From the NCBI GenBank assembly GCA_000165425.1, contig CT868208.1, forward strand, positions 186,001 through 250,000: DNA of 64,000 nt, written 5' to 3'. Position 1 is the stretch's first letter, and every line of letters begins with the position of its first letter. The notes below the pieces were generated by a model. That model saw nothing but the letters and a program-made list of their open reading frames with translations. It ran no database searches and was not told where the DNA came from. The DNA comes from Paramecium tetraurelia. Its lineage: Eukaryota. Positions 38,793 to 53,408 of this stretch are shown in pieces. Made by a program: the position numbers and the translations under genes.

Positions 38793-40081
38793 ATGGATCT
38801 TTGTGTTTTTGGGGTTGATGATGGTTATGCCGAAGCCATAATCAGAGGATTGAGAGCAAGTTTCTTGACTGAAGCTCAATACCAACAGATGAAGAATTGT
38901 GCCTCAATTCCAGAATTGAAGTCTTTCTTGGAAGAAACAGATTATTAAGTACACATGGCAATTAATAATATAGAATTGCTTGTAAGCTGACAATCCTCAA
39001 ATACCTACATCCATTCTGAGATAGAGACTTAAAAAGAAATTGGCTGATGAATTTGAGTACATCGAAGCTCAATCCACTGGCACACTTACAAAATACTTAT
39101 TTCATTTGAGGTATGATTGATTGATTCATTATGAAAGATGCCGTTTTATGATTGACAATGTAGTCAACATGATAGAGGGATTGAAGAATAAAATTGATAT
39201 TGAAATACTTTTGAGTAATATTGATCCACTAGGCTGGTTCCCTGAAATCAAAAATATCAAAGTCCTTGAAGGAGATGATTATAGCAGTTTATATAGAGAT
39301 GTCCTTATCGATACACCTATTGGTGTCTATTTTATGAAATTCTTGGAAGAATCCATTGAGAATTTACATGAAAATAGAACTTTGAATGACATCCAAAACT
39401 TATTCAGAGAAATGAAACCAGAGTACATCAGAACATCACTTAAGAAGATGTGGTTGGAAGATTTCTATTTGTTTTGCGAATAAGAAGTACAACATACAAT
39501 TTAGTTAGTTAATGCCAACATCTTAGGAAGCACTCTTGGAATTATTAAAATTTGAGGCTGACTTTAAAACAGTCTAAGTTATTTACAATTCAATTGGAAA
39601 CAGAGATCTTAATACAGCAGCTAAAATTATCACAACAAGAAAACAATTGTGTCCAACAATTGGAAACTTATATCCTGATTGTGAAAAGTTGTATTTATAA
39701 GCCATGACTTTGGATGCACTTAGAGAAGCTGTCAAAGGTTGTGACAATTATAGAGATTTACTCAAAGATGCCCCAGATCCTTTAAAGAGAGAAGAATTCA
39801 ATGTGTAAACAAAGTAATTGCTCAAATCTACTAATTTATAGAACTCTTGATGATATTATGTATGATGATGAATGCAGAAGATATGCTCTTGCATTTGACG
39901 GATAAGGCTCATATGGAGTAATCTATACTATTCATATTAGGTCTTCTATTCTTATTTGAAACTTAAAGAATAAGAAATTAGAAACATTATCTGGTTGGCA
40001 GAAATGATTTCAAGAAAGCTTGCTAAGAATCATCCAGGATGGAAAAAAATCATTATCCCTTTCAGTCACCTTGGAAAATGA
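38793..40081 (+). CDS. ATP6V0D: V-ATPase V0 subunit d
   Basis: FGVDDGYAEAIIRGLRASFL, FMIDNVV, DPLGWF, VLIDTP, KLKEQEIRNIIWLAE. Confidence 0.95.
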
Positions 40082-40248
40082 GCATTTAATGCATAATATA
40101 TATTAATATATTTGTATAGCAACTAATTTTTGCATCTAAATTTTATACTGATCCTCTCAATTCATAAATTCCTAAAATAAAGGAATTACAATTATAATAC
40201 AAATTATAATATAATACTGTTGTATGATATATGTAAATCTATTATATA

Positions 40249-43009
40249 TCATTCCTCCTTTGGAACTGCATTGTCTTACATTACTTTAGCATATGAACAT
40301 TTTTCAAAAGCATATCCATCGGCTTTAAAGAATTTGTTCTGAAATTCAACCCAATGAAGACGCAAGGCATGAAGAAAACATTCCATCACATCCATCATCA
40401 TCAAAACTCCGAAAGTAGCCATAGAGAAAATGGTATAACCAATTAAGAGCTAGAAATTAATAGCATAAGAATACCCTTATTGCACCGACGAAACCTCCAC
40501 CACTTATACCTCCATTCAAACACATTTAGAAGAACACTTCTGCTAATTATCCGTGAGCCAAAGATAAAGCCCACAATCTTAAATAAGAAGCTGTATTTGA
40601 AATGGATCCCAACACAAACTCAATAGTTTCAATTACTTGATGTACAAATATATCACCAAATTCTTCGTGATGTCCACCACCACCAGATTATTCAGTATGA
40701 ATTTCTGAATTCTCTTGAGTGCCTTCAGAATCCTATAATATGGTATTATAACAAATATTACTTCATTGATTTTTTAGTAAAGTTCTTTTTTCTCATCTGC
40801 CAGACCGTTTGGACCTTGAGCCTGATGTTTTTTATTTTGAGAATTAAGTATGAGTGGTTTTGGAAGTAGGATAATTGGAATACAAAATAGTGCAATCAAT
40901 AACATTGCAGTTTAAGTTGAGGCTTCTGATTAACCATCTCCCCATAAAGGTGGATCAACTGTTTTAGCAGGAGCAAGAATCATATTAATCATCAAAGTAA
41001 TAACACTTGGGGCTTAATCAGTTTTTCCTGTCCAATTCACAAACCATTTATAAATAATTAAAAAGTCCATCCAACCGAAAGTGCAAGTGAAGAATATTAT
41101 TTGAGGAATGAACTCAAAAATAAAGTCTATCCAATTCTTGAAGTATATTGCATTGATTCCCTTCAATATAATACCGAATGTCATATGAATGACACCAATA
41201 ATAACTGCCAATTTCATCTTGTATGAATTCATGAATGTTAATTCATTAGGTACACACATCCAGACTGGATCTATACCAAATGGATATACACAGGATTCAT
41301 CTTTTTAAACCCATACTTATTCATCTTTGTGGATTGGATCATCAACTGTACCTGGTTCATAACATGATCCAAATAAGTTGATAGGAACAGACATGAAATC
41401 ATTATATATCCATCCATTGTAAAATGCCCAGAAACCCATCATTAATACCATATGTCTGACAATTAGAGCATGCTTCATTAAAGAATCTGATTCCTTGATT
41501 TCTTTATTATAGACACATAAATATATTCCTAATAATAATAGACAAAATCTAAATGATATGATATTACAGTATACCCATGTCCAATATCAGCAAACATAAC
41601 ACCAAACAAAAATGGGAAAGTCATGACTGTGAATAATCCTGGATTGATTTCCTTATATCTTGGCATACCATAAGTATTAACTATTTCTTAGAATCCCCAA
41701 GTAATTTCATTGGTTTCAAAATATGTTGGAGGCGGCCTTGTACCTTCAGGTGGTGATATTTATAATTGTCCTGTTGGCAAACCCTCATAATTGGTTTGAA
41801 CTTCTCTTAATGCTTAATCAACTTTGATATCTGCTCCTTGAGGTAACCAAATTGATCCATAGAGTACACTTCCTTGAACTCTCAGGTAATTCAATTGCGT
41901 ATAAAGATATTTCTCCTTAACCAAAAATAATTTTAATTCTTCTAATTTATGAACAATTGGAGTTTTAATAAATTCTTTAGAAATCATCAAGGTAGGCTTC
42001 AACCTGATTCTTTGTCATTTCTAATAACTATAAAATGTATATGAGAATATGTACATTTCTAGTCTCGACTAACTCTGTTTCAATTTATCTTAATTTCTCT
42101 TGGAAAACCATATTATTTTCAGGGAATGTGTATTTAGCAACCTAAAAGGATTCACAGATTTTATTGAGTTTGTTTGTGATAACATTGGAACCTCCTCCTC
42201 CTGGATAGACTACTACAAAGACACTTTTAATAATTTTTGCGTCATCCTTTATTTTATTATGTTTTAATTTACATTTTTAGTGTCAACGATTTAATCACTT
42301 TCAATATCCATGGTATTCATCCAAGCATTACCTTTGGTAATACGAAATATGATTCTCTTGAATCTGATTTGGTCTTCCTTGTTGATGACACCAACCAAAT
42401 AATTAAATTTAACAGATCCTTATAAGATTTTGATGTCATCTAATTCTTTCCCTTGCAAATTGACATATCCTTCGGCTACATAATTAGCACTAAGATATAT
42501 GAATTTTATACGGTTAGAAGAATGATTGTCCTAATAATGCTTCTCCCTTTAGTAAGACTGATTTGTGTTCAATCAGTTTGTTTCTGCGTTCATGAAGATT
42601 TTCCATGTTAGTACTCTATTCAATTAGTTGCTGATGTTTCTTGTCGATATCATTTTCAATCTCATCCAAATAGGTGTGACTGGCTTTAGACCTTGAGAAT
42701 TCAGAGGATTGAATACCTTTCCTTGATCAATTGCTTGAAGTTTTTGATCAAAAAATTGACATCCTTGCAGTAAGTAATCTTCTTTTGATATTTCTTCATT
42801 TCATGCTCGATGAGGGATAATTTAACTAGCAAGTCATCGCATCTCTTGATGTAATTAGCAAATGGCCTATTGATCATAGGTAATGTTGGGTCATAATCAA
42901 CAAAATGAATGCAATCTAACTCTGCCAATTCATTCATGACATTCCAGGCACTTTCTCTTGGGATAATCAATTTGTAATAGCCCATTGTTTGGGACCTAAA
43001 GAAGTTCAT
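40249..43009 (-). CDS. ATP6V0A: V-ATPase V0 subunit a
   Basis: [74 protein letters not shown]. Confidence 0.97.
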
Positions 43010-43190
43010 TATTAATTATTAATATCTTTATTTTGCATTTCACATATTAATTAAACAAGTAACCCATGATCGTTTCGCATTTTCTTAAAACCAGACACTC
43101 TTTTCTTTCTACCACAGTAAATATGCCCTCATATGTTTCAAGATAAATGCAAAATTACGCAATCATTTATCAAATAAATATAGTAAATTG

Positions 43191-44226
43191 ATGTTTCAAC
43201 CATCCCAAAAAATAAGAGAAGCTACCCATGCAGGTAGTTGGTATATTGGAGATCGTATATTTAAAATCATTAAACACAAGGAAAGCAATTGGATGCCCAA
43301 CTGAACGACTTCTTATCAAAAGCCAAAGCGGAAACTATACCGAACATAAAAGCCATTATCGGACCGTATAAAATTATAAAACATATAGACACGCTGGCTT
43401 TTCTTATTCAGGACCAACAGCAGCCTTTGCATACTAACACTTAGTGCAAAAAGAAGGGTAATAAACTGTCGCATTAAATTATTCTAGAATGAAAGTCTTT
43501 TTACTTGGACCCTGTCATCATACATATATCAAAGGAATAGGATTATCTGAACTGGAAATTTATGAAACACCACTTGGCAATATCGAATTAGATTAACCAA
43601 GTATTTACATTTGCTGATCTTTTAGCAATAAAACAATTAAGTGCAGAATTGAAAAAAAACTTTATATTTACAAATAAAGAAGTTGAGGAAGAAGAACATA
43701 GTTTAGAAATGCATTTGCCATTTATTTATAAAGTATTTCCAAAATGCAAGCTAATTCCTATAATGGTGGGTGCAACTACTGAATAACAAGACGCTTAAGT
43801 GGCAAGTGTACTAGTCAAATATTTTGTTGATCCAAACACTGTGTTTGTCATTTCATCTGATTTCTGTCATTGGGGAAAGAGGTCAATTAATGATATTATC
43901 AAATTAGTTTCCGATACACTCCTTATAATAAGGAACATGGAGAAATTCATTAATCAATAACATAATTAGATGGATAAGCAATTAAATTGATTGAGTCCCA
44001 TAATATTCCAGAATTTTATAAGTATCTTGAGGATACAAAAAATACAATATGTGGTAGACATCCAATCTGTGTTTTACTAAATGTAATCTTGATTTGAATT
44101 TAGATAATCAACCTTAGCAAATTGCAATTACGAACACAACTGACTAAATATAATCAATCAAATCAAGTGACAAAGCCAAATGACTCATCTGTGAGTTATG
44201 CCGCATTAGTGACTAGTTTAATATGA
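43191..44226 (+). CDS. MEMO1: MEMO1 family protein
   Basis: [59 protein letters not shown]. Confidence 0.95.
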
Positions 44227-44266
44227 AATTAATAATTACACAATATATATAATTAATTCAATAAAT

Positions 44267-44824
44267 TCACATATTTTTTTATTTAAAAGAAAGATTTGAG
44301 ATTTTTTTTTATGCTCCCCTTTTCTCATACTTTTCCGAACTTTTACTCTTAACATTTTGACTTTGAACCTACTCATCGTATTCTGTCTAGAGTCTTTCTA
44401 TTTTTTTAACCTATTTTATCTCAAGGATTTATTAATTTTGGCTTTTTTCTCTCTGATTACCATTGTAGTAATCATAATATTAGCTAATAATAGAGTAGAA
44501 GGAAGTCGAATTGTCAATATGATTATCTGACTCTGTAGATTATGTTTATTTTAAAGTCATCCTTTTTTAGCAGGATGAACTAGAAGCTGAACTAGCTGTC
44601 TTTAATCTATCTGCATTACTGTGTTGGCTCATTTAAAATTAGTTTATATCATCGTAAATGATCAAAGGCTTTACTCTTCGATGATTTTTCTCGTCATCCC
44701 CAAATACTTAATTGGATCTACACATAATTGGAGATTGACTAGAGAACTTGCTTTGGAGTAGTTTTGAGATGTTTATTCTAACATCTAAGTGATTGGAGTT
44801 AGAAGGAACACTCTTATCGTACAT
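44267..44824 (-). CDS. Hypothetical protein (~185 aa)
   Basis: Intronless open frame MYDKSVPSN...KQKNM* under code 6. Confidence 0.5.
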
Positions 44825-44847
44825 AAATAGATTATTAATAATTAAGT

Positions 44848-46266
44848 TCATTTAATTTTATCAAGTTATTTTTTCCAAACTGATTGAGTAATCGATCTCA
44901 ATTTTATTTAGCCCATGAGATAATTGGTTTTATCGTATTTGCCATTCGCATGTATTCTGTATTTCCCTTCATTCGTTAATTCATCAATGCAAGTGGGAGT
45001 ATTGGCAAATTTGACCTTCGGAGATTGACTATTATAAACCTTTTGGGCTTATAATGACTCATCTGAATGTCTGTAATTTCTCCTTAACAAATCATGGACT
45101 TGCTGAGTAGATGAAATAGTTTAATAGGTTCTGCTCTTCTCCTTCTTTTTATTCATAACCTTTTGCCACACTTTTGCAGGCGAATTGAATGATTTCAATG
45201 ATTCAGACCTATAAATTCTTAACTCTTCATTCTGGGCCTAATACAGAGAAAATTTGTTCAGAGTTTGGTTGCTGGAGAGAAATGGACGATTCAAAATGGA
45301 TGATTAAGTGGCAAAGCTTTAGTGATTTGAAAGGCTGTTCCCTTCACAATGAATAGGAATGTGATCCAAAAATTTATTTCTAAATATTTTATAGAGTCGA
45401 ACACAGTTTATAGACTTAGCACTATGACTTCTAAATTAGCTTAAGATTTCATCATCTCCAAAACACTCCTTGCAACCTAGAATTGAGATCGGATGAATGT
45501 TCTTATTGTACTATCTGAACAACTGCACTTCTCCATCCACAATGATGTAGACTGCATCAACTGGGTCCCCTTACTGATATATTAATTAATTTGGGATGAA
45601 GTTTATTTCACTGATATCGCATAGCAATTGTCTCAATGTCTTAGCCGACCATTTGCTAAACATAGGAACTGTTGATAACAATGCAAATTTCTCTGCATCT
45701 TACTTTCGAGATTAGATATCTACAATCTATATCACCAAGTACCTTTAATTCTTCTATAAACATCCCTCTTTATCACTATGAGATGAGACTTCTCCAAGGG
45801 CAATATTGTTTGAGTATGAGACTGATCGAACATCATCACTTATTCTCCAAAATGCTACCCTGGGTACAGGTAACCTTAAGGAGTCAAATCCGAGAATCTC
45901 TGAGTCAGCACTTTTTGTCTACCATATAGTAATATGCATCTCTTACAGTTCTGCATTCATCACAATATCCTGATAAGTAATATAACTTCTAGTCAACACC
46001 AAAAATTTCCCACTCAAAATAAAGTAAAACTTTGTGCTCATATCACCTATGTTAACCTAAGGCTCGTAAGGTATATGGCATTCATATTGAAGTTCTCTCA
46101 ATATTTATTAATATTGAGTTTCTCCTACTTATTTTCGCAAATCATGAAAAAATGGCACATCCTTCAGACATACATCAATAAACTCAAGATCAAACTTCGT
46201 TTTGAACATCGATCTCTTGTTTATTGATTGTATCAATTGATAAAGATCACTCTCTCCAATAATCAT
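44848..46266 (-). CDS. Tandem cyclic-nucleotide-binding domain protein
   Basis: GDMSTKFYFILSG, GQHFGEQ, second domain YQQGDPVDAVYIIVDGEV, CFGDDE. Confidence 0.8.
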
Positions 46267-46307
46267 AATAATTAATTCATTTATTCATATAACAATATAA
46301 TATTTCT

Positions 46308-49300
46308 TCATTGATATTCCCATCTCGAATTAAAGTTGTTATCCCCATTCATTTCCTGATTGTTCGTTTCCTAAATTGGATCATGAACATACTATTGAAT
46401 TCTATCAATCAGTCTTTAATATTTAACAAGAATAATCAATCATAAATTAATTATAATTCAAGGATTGTCGATAAATCAATTATATTCAACCTTCTCTTCG
46501 TCAAATCTCTTCTTCTCTCTTTAATTGAAATTTCTTAATAGCCAATACCTCCTTATTTACCTAGCTACCAAGAGTAAGATCAATAGGAGAAACAATCCTA
46601 AAAATGAATATCCAAAGATCTCCATCAAATCAAGATCGCCTTAATTATCAACCCTAACAATAAATGATTTTTATACTCTCCTTCATCTATTATCTTAATT
46701 TACAATTTTATTGTCTCATTAATTGACTAGAAATCAAAGTTCTCAGCAATAAATGTTAAACGCAAAGACTCCTCAGTTTTCTTTTTGGATATTATTTGTG
46801 CCTTACAATATTACAAATTCTTACATATTAATTTACATCAAATTCTGTCAATTAAGTTTTATTTACTCTGTCCCTTATTACTAAACGATTTTCTTAGCTT
46901 CTGCGCACATAACTTTAGGATATCTTTTTTTCTAATTGTATAGATTAAAAATAAGGAATCAAGTTTTGCATCTGAATTTAATAGAAAACTGCATAAACTT
47001 ATTAATAGTTAAAGAAAACAATAGAAAAGATTTAACTATTTATTTAGGTCACTTCTAGAGGGAAATATCCAGGAATTGATGAATATCTCCTAATGACTTT
47101 AATATTACGATCAGCAGTAAATTCAACTTAAAAAGTTGGACCATTGTTTGTTGTCATTAGATAATTGTTATTTGATAGATACTTAATCTATCTGAATTCA
47201 GTGTCAATAAAAAGCTTAGATTCATTATATTTACAGAATTCTTCTAATAACTTAATAGAGGAACTATTAAAACTAGAATCAACAATTATCAATTCATTAC
47301 TCCTTAATAAAAAGAGGATTTTGTTAACAATAAGCACATCTTGCAAATCGTTAGTCTGCTTAAAATAAGTTTGATTGAAATTTTCGTAAATAGCAATGTT
47401 GGTAGTTGAGTTCTTTTGACCATAAATAGCTATTAAGTTTTAATCAAAACTCAATTTCTATATTTTTGTGAAGTTTGTACTTAATTTTCTAATATCTTGA
47501 GGCGTTTATTTATTAAAATACAATAAGTAATTTTAGCAAATCAGAAATGCATACTATTAAGACTAAGCTAACTAATTGCATTTTTGATCTTAAACTAATT
47601 TTAAAGTTTTGCATTCTTAATTTAGATTACAAAGTTATAGTAATTGAGAGTGAAACAATAAAGTCTCATCTTTTTATAAATATAAGATATCAATGATTTT
47701 ATTTTCAGTTAAATAGGATGACATACTTTTACTTTTTGAAATCATTTACTTAAATGAGGCTTGATCTGTTTCTTTGATATTGACGTTTGAAATTGGCCCA
47801 TCAAAAATTTCCTTTACATTTATTCTGTTTAAGGGCTTTAATAGATTTTACATTGTGTATGGAACTACTCTCAATGCTAATTGTGTGCCAACAACAGTTG
47901 TTTCAATTTCCACTGATTCATTAAATGAGTTTGAGAACAGCAATTTTTTAGTTAGCAAATTAAAATACTGTTCTCTTGAAGACAAAGTAGATATGGTAAA
48001 CTGTTTTTAATCCTATAGTCCTATAGCTTTGCTATTAAAAAATAATAATTCCAACTGTGGATAGCTAATGATAAACAACTTTTAACTTAATGCCTAGGGA
48101 ATTATTCTTAAGACAGAATTGGATAGAGCTTAATGTTATGCAAAAGTGAATTAAATTATGTGAGTTGTATTGGTTATATAGAGATACTTATCTGTTGAAT
48201 AAACTACTTTAGGTTAAGGAAGATTGTATTTGACACTCCCTCTAATTTTATGTTATGAGTATACGAATATTTCTTTATCAGTTATAACGATTAGTTAATC
48301 ATCAGAATAATTTATTGATTAAATTTATTAATTGAATTTTTAAATAAACACTAATTACCAGCCATAGATTGAGTCCACCATAATTGAAACTTAATTTTTA
48401 TCATCCAAAATATAGAGTTCATCATTTCCAAAAACTATTTGAATGACATTTTCATTTATAAATAGTTAGGCCTCTAAATCATAAATTTCAAATTACAATC
48501 TAAAGATTTCTATCCATTATTTGCCTTACTTTCTTTTGACCAGTATCAAAAATTCTTAGCCTAAAAAGTATTTAACAAATTCTTCATTCTCAAAATACAA
48601 ATTGTCATCTATAAAAATGTGTAAACCTGGTGTATCTTCGGTACAATATGCAACGACAAATTAATCAGTCAATTAATCGTAAATTGTTGAAAAATTATTG
48701 ATAGGTGATTTAACTCTCGTGAAGATATAAGAATCTATACAGTGATAATCAATATTTAATTCATTAAATTGACAGATATCAGCATAAATAGTTTAATCTT
48801 CGAGGAAAAAGAAAACAAGTTTGTCAAACTAATATTTAATCACAGATATTAAGTTCTCAGTATTTAATTATTGAGTATTTAGGTTCTTAACAAGAAATCC
48901 AGAATCTATTCCATCTCCTCCTACAATTAAATCTTTACCAATAACATAATCATTATAATAAAAGGTTTTGGTTTGAGGTTTCTGCAACTGGTTATTTGGA
49001 GATTAGAAAGGCTTTAAGGTTTTTAAACCTTAATCTAGCACGATGAATTCTAATTCTCCAATTTTAAAACTATCCGTTGTATTTCTTGCTGAAATTACAC
49101 TCTAATCAAGTAATTAGATAACATAGACATTGTTATTCCTGAAAGTAACAAGGTGATCATCATAGTTTAAAGGATAGATCTTATTGGGAGAAGAATAAAT
49201 CTAGGAATGGTACTTAATGTTATAGGCAATATTGTTGTCAATGATCATGAACTTTCTTGTTTAAGTGAGGGATGATGAATTAGGTTGATTAAATTCAAGT

Positions 49301-50086
49301 AAATAACCTGATTGATCGATTTGTTTCAGTTTTTCGCATTAAGCAAATATGTAGTCTTCGAAAATTGCAAAGGTTTTGATTGCTTAAGTACATTCAAAAG
49401 AGATAGTTTCGATGTCATCCTAATCATTAATATTTATGATTATGATATTTTATAACTATGCTAAGTAGAGATATAAATCAGTAACCAAAAAGGCTTGAGC
49501 TTCATGTTGTTACTAACTAATAAGTTCGAAATTGAAATCAAAATAATAGATTTAATTTTGTGTTATAGTAATAAATCCATTTAAATGAGATTAAAAATAA
49601 ATGGTATTCTGCAATTCTGAGTGGTTTAATGTAATTGAGGTTCCATTTTGAAATTGATAATGCTAACCACATGCTAAGACATACTGGACTTAATCAAAAG
49701 CAATTGAATTACAGGAATTGATATATTTAGGGTTTTAACTATTTATAGTGAATAGTTTTAATTGCTAATAATTTTCAATGATATATACCAGCTTATCATA
49801 GTATAGGGAGTAAACAGTATAGGTGTGTTGTCTATTGAGGGTCAGGATAGCCACGTGAATGGTTTGGTTAAAGGTTGAGGATAACGATGCAACATCAATA
49901 ATTTAATCTCCATCAGCAATCTACCCAGCCAGATACTCTGCGTATGTTCCATTAAGAAGGTCATGGTCTGCAGCTTGGGGTAGGGAATGATCGAATATCT
50001 TCTATTAAAAAATGATGTACCTTGAGTTCGTCTTTATTAATGAAATAAGAGGTAACCAATTATAAAATCAACAATAAGAGAAACAT
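46308..50086 (-). CDS. Large single-pass (type I) membrane protein of unknown function
   Basis: N-terminal hydrophobic MFLLLLILQLVTS, ~1200 codons of mostly beta-rich sequence, TM segment IFGYSFLGLFLLLILLLVA followed by a basic cytoplasmic tail. Confidence 0.65.
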
Positions 50087-50160
50087 AAAATAATGAAGTA
50101 ATTTTAGCGCAAATTGTTTTAAAAATATTTAAAAAAATAAAAATAAATTTTAGTTCGTGA

Positions 50161-53100
50161 ATGCAAACACAAGACTTGGGATAGCTAGTAAATGCATTAC
50201 AATTAACATATGGTTCCTCGTAAGAAAGCGTTAGTGCTGGAGAAGCCTTATTAAAGTAGGCTTCCATGCAACCATTGTAATAAAATCCTGTGAATATTTA
50301 GATATGCAATTTCCTTGTTAAAGATAGTGGATGATTAGACTTAATAGGATCTTGTCAGATAAAGTGCAGTGGTGAATTTAAAGACTTTTTTGGAGAGACA
50401 TTGGGGATAAAAGAAGGAGCCTGGACACTTTATTGTGAATCCAGACGAAAAGGCTCTGATTAGGGCAGCAATTATAGATGCTTTAGCAAGGTTAGTCATA
50501 AATTACAATTGTATCTAGATGCATTTAAGTTAAGAAGTTAAGATCATAATATGAAGACTTAATTTACAAATTAGTAGCCATTGACTTTCCTAAGGATTGG
50601 CCACAATTAGTGCAATAATTGGTTATCAAATTATAGAACTACACATCATATGAAGATTTGTGGAGTGCTTTGTTGACTCTACGTAGAACATGCGAAGTTC
50701 ATTAGTTTTTATTGGACAATGATCGTAAACCATTGGAACCATTGGTGGCATCAACGTTTCCAATATTGGAGACCTTGATTCAAAAGTTCCTTGAAAATTA
50801 CAACGAATAAAGTGGATAATTGGTGAAAGTCATATTGAAAATATTCCATCATGCCACTCATTTAGTCATGCCCATATATATGAGAGATTTTAATGCTGTT
50901 GCAAAGTGGATGTTGTTTTTCAAGACAATCATCTCTGCTCCCACTCCTCCAGAATTGGCATCCTTTACTTAGGATTCTGAAGAGGAAACAAGGAGAGAAA
51001 AGACATACATATGGTCAAATAAAAAATGGGCTAGCAGAATTATATTGAGATTTATCCAGAAATTTGCAAATAAAAAGATGGTTGATCCTGATATGGCTGA
51101 TTTTGCAGAACATATTAAAAGCACTTATGCTATTGGATTTATGGAGTTGTTTTATAAAATACTTACTGACAATTCCTAATTCCAAGGACCTCGAACATGT
51201 TTGTTTGCACTCAAATATTTATATTACTCTCTCAAATTAGACAATACCAAAGAATTATTGAAAGCTCATTATGATAAATTGATCTATCATGTTGCTATTC
51301 CCAAAATGTAATTGACTCCAAGAGATGATGAATTATGGAAGAGTGACCCTGAAGAATACATCAAAAGACTGGATGACTTTTCACTTTCAACTTACAATAT
51401 CAAAAATCCAGCTAACGATCTTTTATAAGAAATTTGTCAATAAACAGATGCAAATGGTAATCTGATGCTTATTTAATTTCTTAATTATTGCCAAAATGCT
51501 TTCAATTCTAACGTAGATCCACTGACCAATCAACCTTTAAATTTACTCAAAAAAGAGGCTTTACTTTGGGGAATTGAATGTTTAGTTCATTAAATCTAAA
51601 AAATCGATGCAATCAAAGAAGGATTGGAATAAATTTTAGAGAAACATATTTTGCCTGAGTTTTAGAACCCAGTTGGATTTTTAAGAGCACGTGCTTGCCA
51701 TGTTTTTAATGAATATGGAACAATTGAATTCAAAAATAAATAGAATATTCAATTAGCAGTACAAGGAATATCTAAATGTATTTTGGATAAAGAATTACCA
51801 GTGAAAGTAGCAGCAGCAATCTCATTTAGTTAAATATTATAAAATAAAGAAGCTTAGGATTTGATTCGACCATAGTTGAGTTAAGTGTTGGAAATCTACA
51901 TCAAATTGATGGATTTAATTGACAATGAAAGAATAGTCAGATCATTGGAAGAAATAGTCAAAAACTTTACTAATGAAATTACACCATATGCACATTAATT
52001 GGCTGCACATATTGCTACAATATTTTAGAAATATTGCAATAAATAGAATTAAGGTGAGGGTGATTCAGATGATGATGGTGAAGCTGAATTGGCTGCTTCT
52101 GGATGTCTTGAAGCAATAAAGAGGATCTTAAATGCACCACTTCAATAAGAATCTTATGTGCAATTAGAACCAGTGATATTTCCAATTATCAACTTTGCTT
52201 TGACAGAATCAGGATGTGATTTCATCAATGAAGCACTGGAAATATTAAACATAATGCTCTACAAGAAAAAACAACTAACACCTGGATTATGGTTCTATTA
52301 TCCAGTGTTATGTTACATTATCATTGGATTACCATAAGAAACTAATGTATATGCTCTTTAAGGATTGACAGAAGAATAATATATTTTATTGGAAGGATGC
52401 AAAAAGGATTGGGGTAGTGAATTTGTTACTCAAATGTTGGGATCATTTAGAAATTACATCCAAAAGGGTGGAAGCACATTCTTGACTTAAACTGATTTCT
52501 TTGGAAACTCATTCATCTCACTGATTTTCAGATTTATTCAGAAGACCTATACAATTGCTGAGAATGGTTCAGATGAGACAGACCAAAATCAAGTTACTAC
52601 TATATTGATTGCTTTAATTGAGAACTTCCCAGGATAAATAGATAATTTAATTCCACAAATTGTAGACTTCACATTATTAAATATATCGGTATTTATATAT
52701 TTAAATTATATTTTTAGAAAGAGAAGAAGACTAACAAATTCAAGATGGTTAATATTGGAGTCCTCAATATGTGCATATGGTACAATCCACAACTTGTTCA
52801 AAACTACTTGAACAGTAAGGCAATAACAGACTAAATATTGTAGACCTTGTTGTCAATGGAAAAACACTATAAATATGAATGGGATATCAATAGATTAATC
52901 TTTGCTCTCTGTTAATTATATTCGCTCCCTTAAATTCCTAATTATTTGTTGACAGCATCTTCAGAAATAGGAAAGTTGTTTGTGAGATTGTCAACTAAGA
53001 TTTTAGAATTGAGAGAGGAGGAAGAATCCTGTGAATAAGAAGATTAAGCAGAGGAGGAAGAGGATGATTAAAAGAATAAGGCAGACAAAATCTAGGATTT

Positions 53101-53377
53101 GGAATAGGATGAAGAAGATGATGAGGATGATGATTATGATGATGAGGAGGATGATTATGCTGAATTATATGATAGCCCATTGGAAGATTACGATGCTATC
53201 TTACTGATGGAGAAATTGATATTGACTCTACAATAAAGCTGTCCTCAATTGTATACAGGACTATTCTCATAACTGACATAATAGGAACAAGAATAGATGA
53301 CTAAGAATATAAAGGAAGCCAAAGAATAATATGATGAATGGATGAAGTAGAAATAGCAATAATAATTGAATAAATGA
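50161..53377 (+). CDS. Importin-7/8 (karyopherin-beta family)
   Basis: IBN_N-like start, DFPKDWP, KKWASRI, DDELWKSDPEEYIK, GFLRARAC, ELPVKVAAA, acidic C-terminal tract. Confidence 0.9.
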
Positions 53378-53408
53378 TTATTTGTTTATAACATATATAA
53401 ATCATATG

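Noticed and set aside
52995..53180. ORF-track His/Pro-rich protein
   Set aside because: Antisense shadow of the Asp/Glu-rich importin tail.
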